Under the pieces are notes generated by a model, which was given only the letters and a program-made list of their open reading frames with translations, made no database searches and was not told the DNA's origin. Source: an uncultured archaeon (GTDB lineage Archaea; Iainarchaeota; Iainarchaeia; Iainarchaeales; DTGL01). From it: a DNA stretch of 38,334 bases. Positions 1 to 7,063 of the stretch are shown piece by piece. Position numbers and translations under genes: made by a program. Every line of letters starts with the position of its first letter. Position 1 is the first letter of the stretch. Location: the NCBI GenBank assembly GCA_964551725.1, contig CAZKED010000008.1:1-38334 (forward strand), written 5' to 3'.

Positions 1-1432
1 AACGCAAACCAGTCCTGCCCAGCAACCCATCAAAACCAACACAAAAATTCTGGTCGCGGCGTAGCAGTTTGGCGTGGAAGCGCTCTTTGCGGGAACCGGA
101 GAGCTCAAGCCTTATTGTTTCAGACGCTTCCTTTTCCCCGGTTGCACCGCTGTTATTTGAGTACTCAACCTTTAACCCGAGGTCATAGCCTTCAGGTTCC
201 TTGGGCTTGGCTGCTGAAACTGATTGTTCGGCAACAAAGTAGTCATACTGTTCAAGGACCAGACCGGGGGAAAAATTGGAAACTGAACAGCTTATGCTAC
301 CAGAGCAGTTCAGGGGGATAATGCTTTCTATTGTTATCCTCTCACCTATATTGAAAATTGTCCATTTCACCGTTTCAGTCTTCTGTGCCTCATCCTCCCC
401 AAAGCCTATTATTTTGTCAGCGGAATCAGTGATTATTATTCCCGCGCCATTGCCAGGATGCGGCGTGGGGCTCTGCGGGGGCGTGGGGGTCATGCCTGAC
501 GGACCGGTTCCCCCGCCGACCTCAACAAACTTTGTGGCATTGTCCTGCTTTCCAGAACTGTCTGTAACTGTCAGTGTAACCGAATAAGTGCCTTTTGCCG
601 AATAAGAGTGCGTGGCGGTTATTCCTGTTCCGGAAGAATTGTCCCCGAAATTCCAAGAATAGTCAGTAATGGGGAAATCGCCTCGCTCTGAAATCGAGGC
701 ATCAAATGATACCTCCTCGCCCACAGCCGGCTTCTGAGGAGTGAAATAAAAATTCGCTATGGGGTTCTCCGTCACAGCGGATTGAACGCATTCCCCGTCA
801 ATGCACTCATAGTCCGCGGGGCAATCCTCATCGGAAGAGCAGGCGCCCAAGCCCAGGGAGATTGTCTGCGTTGCCTTGTCTTGGTTTTTTGGGATGTGGT
901 CATCCCAAACAGTGAGGTTTACTGCATACTCGCCCGGCACATGGTATGTGAAAGTGGGCCTGTCCTCATATGAAACCTGTCCGTTGCTCGTCCAGTAGCA
1001 TGTGAGGTTGTCTCCGTCGGCATCCGTGCTCTCGGTGCAGTCAAATTGGACCTGGAGGGGGAAGCTCCCTTCCAGGGGGGAAACAACCTTTATTTTGGCT
1101 TTGGGATGAGAAAAAACGCTTATATTTTTTAATTTTGCGTTCTTTTCGCCGCCGCTGCCCGTGCATGTGAGCGTTACTGAGTAATTTCCCTTTGATTCAT
1201 AGAGATGGGACACCTTGTACTGGGTTCCTGTTTTCACGGTTCCATCGCCGAAATCCCATTTATAATTTGTTACATCGGAACCGCTGCCAGAGGCGTCGAA
1301 ACCGAAAGCCATGTTGTGCAACGGCTCCGAGCCTATTCTTTCATAGGTAAAATCGCACTGCACATAAGCGCCGGCACTCAGTAGAAAAAAAAAGAGAAAA
1401 AGGAAAACTGGAACGAATTTTTTTTTATTCAT
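1..1432 (-). CDS. Secreted surface protein with 3 PKD domains, a Cys-rich module and an Ig-like module; partial, 3' end beyond the window (>=477 aa)
   Basis: Hand translation from ATG at 1432 gives MNKKKFVPVFLFLFFFLLSAGA (signal peptide) and stays open to the window edge. PKD motifs: YKWDFGDGT...VSHLYESKGNYSVTLT, FTYHVPGEYAVNLTVWD and YSWNFGDNSSGTGITATHSYSAKGTYSVTLTVTD. It ends ERFHAKLLRRDQNFCVGFDGLLGRTG, homologous to ERFHTRLEYEEQNFCISADGTFGRTG of the 3850-7062 protein. Confidence 0.9.
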   Translation of the reverse strand, partial: MNKKKFVPVFLFLFFFLLSAGAYVQCDFTYERIGSEPLHNMAFGFDASGSGSDVTNYKWDFGDGTVKTGTQYKVSHLYESKGNYSVTLTCTGSGGEKNAKLKNISVFSHPKAKIKVVSPLEGSFPLQVQFDCTESTDADGDNLTCYWTSNGQVSYEDRPTFTYHVPGEYAVNLTVWDDHIPKNQDKATQTISLGLGACSSDEDCPADYECIDGECVQSAVTENPIANFYFTPQKPAVGEEVSFDASISERGDFPITDYSWNFGDNSSGTGITATHSYSAKGTYSVTLTVTDSSGKQDNATKFVEVGGGTGPSGMTPTPPQSPTPHPGNGAGIIITDSADKIIGFGEDEAQKTETVKWTIFNIGERITIESIIPLNCSGSISCSVSNFSPGLVLEQYDYFVAEQSVSAAKPKEPEGYDLGLKVEYSNNSGATGEKEASETIRLELSGSRKERFHAKLLRRDQNFCVGFDGLLGRTGLR

Positions 1433-1493
1433 GCTATTTCCCTTTTCCTAATTAAGTTTCTGTGAAGGCACTCTGTAATGCTGGAGAAATTAT

Positions 1494-3845
1494 TCACTCT
1501 TGCGGGCACAACCATTCATCCCAGTTGAAAACCCACCAGTCGTTCACTGCAGTTTTTGCTCCCTCAATGTCCTCTAGTAACAAAGACTCGTTCCAGTAGA
1601 AAGAATATTCGTCGCTGTCCCCAACAACGCATATCTCCCTGTCGTTTATTTTTGCAAGCAAATCGTTTACAATCTCGATCTGCCGCTCTAGGGATTCAAG
1701 ACCCAGTCTTTCAGTTTCATCCTTGCTTAGTTCTCCCTCACTGGAAGCAACCAGGGAATTGCCGTCGCAGGAACTGCTCATTACGTAGGCGTAGTCCTTT
1801 GGGGCATAGAACACTGACCTCAGGAAGAGGAAATTGTCGTCCGCCGCATCTGTCCAGCGGAAGCCAAAATGGGTGTTCTCGTCTTCCTCTGGAACACAAT
1901 ATTCGGAGAAAGCGCTCGCAACCGTATCGTTCACTGTCTGGAATTCCGTTCCATCAAAAAACTTGCATTCCAAGGCAGGCCTTGCAGCAAAGGGCTCCCA
2001 CTGCGCAAGTAAATCCTCGCCCTCGCCGAATGCCCCTTCCTCTGTGTAAATGGAGTAGAAGGATTCCGCTTTTCCTCCATCACTTTTAATGCCCATTACA
2101 ATGGGCATTGCCGAAGTTCTTGAGAACACAAGCTTGTTTTCCGCAAAGTCAACAACAAGCACTTTTCCCCTTTCCTCGAGGTTAGCGGACTTGAAGGAAT
2201 TGTTGTCAAGGACATCGAACATTTCTGCCCCCTCTATTTCGCTTCCGTCTATTGCCCTTGTTCCAACCAATTCGCCGCCCAAGCTTACAATTGTAACCGG
2301 CTTGCTGTTCTCGTTGATGTAGCCGAGACCATAATCCTTTCTCTCCTTGTTTCCATCTTCATCCTCTCTCAGCGTTCCAACCAAGCCGTTGAAAGGCAAG
2401 TGATAGAAAGGAGAATCAGGCACTTCAATTCCCGTGTCGTGAACCTGCTCGAAAGAAACCGTTATTACTGCGGAGGGATCGCTATTCTCGTCAAAGAATT
2501 TCCTGTTCTCCTCGTCGTCAAAGGCAATTTCAATTGTAACATCGTAAGCGCTTGAATCGGAGATTTCCCTCGGCTCGAAGACCAGTTTCGCGGAATCAGC
2601 AAAATACTGGTTCCAGTCCGCGAACCAGTCAGGAGCCTCAAAGAAGCTGTTCACATAGTAGTACGCAAAGTCCTTCTGGAAATCCTCGGAAAAATTATCC
2701 GCAATAAGGAAAGCCCTGAAATAATTCAAGTCCTCTATCGCTTCATGGTCCGGACCGCTTTCATAGAGGTCCTGTATTTCCTTGAGCTTTCTCGCCAGTT
2801 CGATGGAAAACTGCACTGGATCGCAGTAAATGAATTCCGTATCAGCGGAATTCTCCTTATCGCAGGTGCTTATGTCAATGTCCGCCCAGTCCCAGGAAAA
2901 AAGTACTTTTGGAACGTTGTTCGGACCTGTTCTGCCTGTTCCATTGCCGAGGCGCGGACACAGGTCCTCTTCCGTGAATCCCTGCACGTAAAGCATTGCC
3001 TCCTCGGAGTAAATCTCTCTCAGGGTTTGGTCGCTCTCCGCGGTATATTTTACAAGGATTCTGAGAGGGAAGGATTTATGCTCTTCGGGAGTGCTTATTA
3101 GAACCTTTTCAACTATGGCTGCAGTTCCGCCGGCTTCAAGCGTGAACGGAAGTGTTGCCTCAATTGAACACTCGAGCAAATCGTCTTCGCAGCCCCCTGT
3201 CCTTATTATTTCAACCACTGCATCTCCCTCGCCTGAATTTCTCAAAAGCCAGCTGAACTCCCTTTCAACCTGTTCCACTTCATCGAAATAAACGTACTGG
3301 TCCTCTGGCCTTTCAATTGTGAGTTCTGGTGCCGGGGGCTCAGGGCATTCGCCGCAGTCTGCTACACATGTCTCGCAGGTTTCGCCCTCGGCTGGCACGC
3401 ATTCTCCGTCGCCGCAGTATCCTTGACCGCAGCCGCCGCCACCGCCGCAGCCGCCGCCGCCACCGGGACCGCCGCCGTTGCCGTTTCCATTACCGCCGTT
3501 GCCGTTTCCGCCGCCTGTGGATTCCGGTGGAACTATATTGCCTGCGCCGTCAACGCATTCTTTCAAGGAAACATCGCAGTGATGCGTTAGAATGGGGCAA
3601 ATGCAGTCTGTTGAATTGTCGAGGCAGTTTTCCGCTGGATAATCGCATACGCCGTCGTTATCCTGGGGGGTTGGAGAGGGACTCACTTCAGGGGTCGGGG
3701 TTGCTGTCGGGGTCGGGGTCTGCTGACCGTCGCCGCCTCCGGAAAGAAGCGGGGGCACGAAGACAACTGCGACAACAACGAGCACAAACAGCCCAGCCAA
3801 CAACCAAGGAAAAGCTCCTTTTTCATTCATTAGCCTTTTTTCCAT
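1494..3845 (-). CDS. Large membrane-anchored or pilin-like surface protein (~783 aa) with Cys-rich repeats, an Ig-like module and a conserved uncharacterised C-terminal domain
   Basis: Long ORF. Start re-assigned to ATG 3845 (MEKRLMNEKGAFPWLL...) because GGAGGGTGA lies just upstream (3850-3858). N-terminal hydrophobic helix, TPTP linker, CGDGEC...CETCVADC repeat. C-terminal part aligns with the 3850-7062 protein. Confidence 0.85.
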   Translation of the reverse strand: MEKRLMNEKGAFPWLLAGLFVLVVVAVVFVPPLLSGGGDGQQTPTPTATPTPEVSPSPTPQDNDGVCDYPAENCLDNSTDCICPILTHHCDVSLKECVDGAGNIVPPESTGGGNGNGGNGNGNGGGPGGGGGCGGGGGCGQGYCGDGECVPAEGETCETCVADCGECPEPPAPELTIERPEDQYVYFDEVEQVEREFSWLLRNSGEGDAVVEIIRTGGCEDDLLECSIEATLPFTLEAGGTAAIVEKVLISTPEEHKSFPLRILVKYTAESDQTLREIYSEEAMLYVQGFTEEDLCPRLGNGTGRTGPNNVPKVLFSWDWADIDISTCDKENSADTEFIYCDPVQFSIELARKLKEIQDLYESGPDHEAIEDLNYFRAFLIADNFSEDFQKDFAYYYVNSFFEAPDWFADWNQYFADSAKLVFEPREISDSSAYDVTIEIAFDDEENRKFFDENSDPSAVITVSFEQVHDTGIEVPDSPFYHLPFNGLVGTLREDEDGNKERKDYGLGYINENSKPVTIVSLGGELVGTRAIDGSEIEGAEMFDVLDNNSFKSANLEERGKVLVVDFAENKLVFSRTSAMPIVMGIKSDGGKAESFYSIYTEEGAFGEGEDLLAQWEPFAARPALECKFFDGTEFQTVNDTVASAFSEYCVPEEDENTHFGFRWTDAADDNFLFLRSVFYAPKDYAYVMSSSCDGNSLVASSEGELSKDETERLGLESLERQIEIVNDLLAKINDREICVVGDSDEYSFYWNESLLLEDIEGAKTAVNDWWVFNWDEWLCPQE
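2362..2426. repeat. 65-bp exact direct repeat, copy 1 (copy 2 at 4736-4800)
   Basis: tcctctctcagcgttccaaccaagccgttgaaaggcaagtgatagaaaggagaatcaggcacttc is identical at both sites and encodes EVPDSPFYHLPFNGLVGTLRE. Confidence 0.95.
2782..2899. repeat. 118-bp exact direct repeat, copy 1 (copy 2 at 5156-5273)
   Basis: ttgagctttctcgccagttc...gtccgcccagtcccaggaaa is identical at both sites and encodes SWDWADIDISTCDKENSADTEFIYCDPVQFSIELARKL. Confidence 0.95.
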
Positions 3846-3849
3846 TTTA

Positions 3850-6800
3850 TCACCCTCCAACTTCCTGAGTGCAGTCAAAGTTCGACCAATTGAACTGCCA
3901 TTCCGCGCCGAGAAGTGCCTCGGCTTTTTCAGTCATTTTTTCAATTTTTTGCGCGTTCCAGAAAAAGGCGGATTTTTCCCCGTCAACTGCAACGCACACT
4001 TTTTCCTCTCCAATCGAGTCGATGAGTTCCTGCAATGTGTTAATCTGCTCTCCCGCCTGGTTGAGGCTGATTGATTGAGAGGGCTTGCTGCTCAGCTCTC
4101 CATTCGCCCCGGTGGAGGAAGCGAAAAGAGAATAACCGCTGTCGCAGGCATTCCTCAGTGAAAGGTTATCGCCGAAAGGCGAGTAGAAAATTGATTTGAG
4201 GAACAGCATTTCATTGTTCTCTACTCCGCTCCACCTGAAACCGAAGGAAGTGTCCGCCTTATCCTCAGCAACGCAGGTCTGGTCAAAGGAGCCTGCTTTC
4301 GCGTCCTGTCTCATGTAGTAAAGCTCCGCGCCGTAAAAGTCCTTGCATCCAAGCAAATCGGAGGTTGCAGCGCCGTCCCAAAGGGAAAGATAAATGCTGC
4401 CAGTGCCAATATCGTCGCCGCCTGCATCCGCAATCGAGTAGAATGCCTCTCCTACTGTGTCATGGCTTTCAATTCCCATTATTATCGGAGTGGCGTAACC
4501 GGGAGAGAATGACATTTCGTTGTCCGCCAGGTCCACTGTGAGGAGTTTTCCCCTACTGGTCAGATTCAGCGACTCGAAATCAGCAACCTTGTCCGTTAGG
4601 TATTCGGTTGCGCCTGAAATATCGCTTCCGTCCAAGGCAGCCGTTTGGATGAAGTTGCCTTTAAGGAAGCTGAGGTTTATTTCTTCGGCGGTGTTGTTAT
4701 AGCCCAGGCCGTAATCCGCCCTGTTCTTGCCTCCTTCCTCTCTCAGCGTTCCAACCAAGCCGTTGAAAGGCAAGTGATAGAAAGGAGAATCAGGCACTTC
4801 CACGCCAACAGGATGCACCAATTCAAACTTAATTGTGACCACTGTGTTCGGATTGCCTTCCTCATCAAAGAAATTGAACTCTGGGTCGGCAACCTCAATC
4901 GAAACATTGTACAAGCCTGATTGCTCAAGCTGTCTGGGCTCGAAGACCAGTTTTGTGGAATCAGAAAAATACTCGTTCCATGGCGTTGTTGCTGAGGTAA
5001 ACCAGCCCGCGGGATTGAAAAAGCTGTGCTCGTAGTAGTATGCAAAGTCTTTCTGGAAGTCCTCGGAAAAATTATCCTTTATGAGGAACGCCTGGAAGGA
5101 AGTGTATTGCTCTATCTCCGCGGTATTATCCTGCGCGACAAGGGTCTCTATTTTGTTGAGCTTTCTCGCCAGTTCGATGGAAAACTGCACTGGATCGCAG
5201 TAAATGAATTCCGTATCAGCGGAATTCTCCTTATCGCAGGTGCTTATGTCAATGTCCGCCCAGTCCCAGGAAAGGTGCACGAATGGCACAGCCCTTTCGC
5301 CTGTCCTGCCGAACGTGCCGTCAGCTGAAATGCAGAAATTCTGTTCCTCGTATTCGAGTCTTGTGTGGAACCTTTCCCCGCTCATGTTCAGGAGGTAAAC
5401 GCTCACCGGCAATGACTCGCGCGCTTCGGTGAATTCCCCGCTTTCATCGGTGTACTGCACTTTGAGCTTTACGTCGTGGAATTCCGAGCCCGCGGGAGCG
5501 GTAGCGGAAATGTTCTCGACCAAAACAGCGCTCTGCATAGGCGCTATTACAAGATCGTCAGGCATTTCAATGCTGCAGGACATCGGACCGCAGTCCAGTG
5601 CTTCGGCTGTAATCACGTGCGCTCCTTCTTCGCCGACGTTCGTGAGCGTCCATGCAATTGTGTCCGTTTTCTGTTCTCCGGCTTCCTCAAAGGAAATAAA
5701 TTTAGGCGCTGCAATGCTTATGAATATCTCTGCAGCGGTTTCGCCTTCCACTCTTGGACAGTCTTCCGGGCAGTTCTCCCAGGTTTCGCCGGGCTCGCAG
5801 ACCCCGTTGCCGCATTCGGCTTCCTGCGGTTCCGTAAGAGGCTCGCAAAGCTTTGTTTCGGGATTGCATTGCTCGTCCTCCAGGCAGGCGCAGTCGTTTG
5901 TGCCGGCAATGCCGCAGTCATAGCAGTTTTCCCCCTGTTCGGGTTCACAAATGCCGTCGTTGTCGCAGTTGACTTCAACCTCAACGCATTCGTGCGTTGC
6001 CGGATCGCACACTTCCCCGCCCGCGCAGGGGCAGTCCGGTTCGCACAAAAAGCAGTCCTCGTTGTATTCAACGCCGCCGCAGTGTGCGTTTCCGCAGTAT
6101 TCTCCAACGTCAACCGTAAATATTCCCGTGGTGAAAACCGGGGAGTAGGCGTGGGTGAACATCCACAAGATGTTTATAGCCTGGAAAAGCCAGTAAACCC
6201 AGTTCAGTCCAAGTATGCCGTGCTCCATTGCAAAATTGAAAAGGAGTTTTCCGAGGAATACTGCAACGCGTGCAATTGGCTGCGCGAAAGTAGTGCCGCT
6301 CCAAGCGCTCGCGGTTTCCCCTGCGGATTCCCACATTCCGCCAATGCCTTCCGCGGAAGGCAGCGCTCCGGCGCCTTCAGCAACCTGGAATGCCTCAAGC
6401 CCGCTGAGGAATTCGTGCAATAAATATGACGTGAAAAGGTGTCCGAATATTCTCGCTACATCAATTTCCTCCATTACTATCTTGAACTGGTATTCCCCTG
6501 CCTCCGGGAGCGGGAATTCCTGGTGTACTGCGTCTTCTTTGTAGAATGTGAGCTTGTGGGGCCATTTTTCTCCCCCTAGCAGTGTTTTTTTGACTTCCTC
6601 GCCCGGTAGGGCATAGTAGTATGTTACTTTGGTGCAGTTGAAAATCCACAAAAACTTCATGCCGAAAACTCTTGGGTTGCAGCCCTCTATGTCAATGTTT
6701 AAGTCCTGTCCGGGATAGGGCTTGTACGGGGGGTTGTCGTGGGATATTTCCGCTGTCACTGCACTGCGGTCGCATAGTTGTTCCCTGAAACAGATTCTTG

Positions 6801-7062
6801 CAATTCCTTTTTTGTATTCAAAGGGCACAACCATTGGATATGCTTCCTCTCCGTCTTCGCCATCGGCAGCATCGCCATTTTCTGCGCCGTTGTCTCCATT
6901 CGCTGCGTCGGTTGTATCCAGGGCATCTGTTCCGTTTGCAGTATCGTCTGTAACGCTGTCATCTCCGCTGGTTCCGTCGCCGTTTTCCTGTGCTAGCACC
7001 GGGGAAAACATTGCGCTTAAGAGAAAGAAAATAAGGATAAAGGCAGCAATGCGCGATTTCAT
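3850..7062 (-). CDS. Large secreted surface protein (~1070 aa) with an acidic N-terminal tail, internal hydrophobic segment, Cys-rich repeats, an Ig-like module and the conserved C-terminal domain
   Basis: Start re-assigned to ATG 7062 (MKSRIAAFILIFFLLSAMFSPVLA-QE, Sec signal peptide) behind a GGAGGTGA SD. Three CG/DNG.C...C..C..DC-type repeats. Paralogous to 1494-3845. Confidence 0.85.
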   Translation of the reverse strand: MKSRIAAFILIFFLLSAMFSPVLAQENGDGTSGDDSVTDDTANGTDALDTTDAANGDNGAENGDAADGEDGEEAYPMVVPFEYKKGIARICFREQLCDRSAVTAEISHDNPPYKPYPGQDLNIDIEGCNPRVFGMKFLWIFNCTKVTYYYALPGEEVKKTLLGGEKWPHKLTFYKEDAVHQEFPLPEAGEYQFKIVMEEIDVARIFGHLFTSYLLHEFLSGLEAFQVAEGAGALPSAEGIGGMWESAGETASAWSGTTFAQPIARVAVFLGKLLFNFAMEHGILGLNWVYWLFQAINILWMFTHAYSPVFTTGIFTVDVGEYCGNAHCGGVEYNEDCFLCEPDCPCAGGEVCDPATHECVEVEVNCDNDGICEPEQGENCYDCGIAGTNDCACLEDEQCNPETKLCEPLTEPQEAECGNGVCEPGETWENCPEDCPRVEGETAAEIFISIAAPKFISFEEAGEQKTDTIAWTLTNVGEEGAHVITAEALDCGPMSCSIEMPDDLVIAPMQSAVLVENISATAPAGSEFHDVKLKVQYTDESGEFTEARESLPVSVYLLNMSGERFHTRLEYEEQNFCISADGTFGRTGERAVPFVHLSWDWADIDISTCDKENSADTEFIYCDPVQFSIELARKLNKIETLVAQDNTAEIEQYTSFQAFLIKDNFSEDFQKDFAYYYEHSFFNPAGWFTSATTPWNEYFSDSTKLVFEPRQLEQSGLYNVSIEVADPEFNFFDEEGNPNTVVTIKFELVHPVGVEVPDSPFYHLPFNGLVGTLREEGGKNRADYGLGYNNTAEEINLSFLKGNFIQTAALDGSDISGATEYLTDKVADFESLNLTSRGKLLTVDLADNEMSFSPGYATPIIMGIESHDTVGEAFYSIADAGGDDIGTGSIYLSLWDGAATSDLLGCKDFYGAELYYMRQDAKAGSFDQTCVAEDKADTSFGFRWSGVENNEMLFLKSIFYSPFGDNLSLRNACDSGYSLFASSTGANGELSSKPSQSISLNQAGEQINTLQELIDSIGEEKVCVAVDGEKSAFFWNAQKIEKMTEKAEALLGAEWQFNWSNFDCTQEVGG
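4736..4800. repeat. 65-bp exact direct repeat, copy 2
   Basis: Identical to 2362-2426. Confidence 0.95.
5156..5273. repeat. 118-bp exact direct repeat, copy 2
   Basis: Identical to 2782-2899. Confidence 0.95.
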
Positions 7063-7063
7063 T

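Noticed and set aside
40-80. Apparent frameshift near the left end of the PKD gene
   Set aside because: Re-reading shows the frame is continuous (KLLRRDQNFC) and matches the paralogue.
2362-5273. Exact repeats as a diversity-generating retroelement template/variable repeat pair
   Set aside because: The copies are identical with no adenine-specific mismatches, both lie in-frame mid-gene, and there is no reverse transcriptase in the window.
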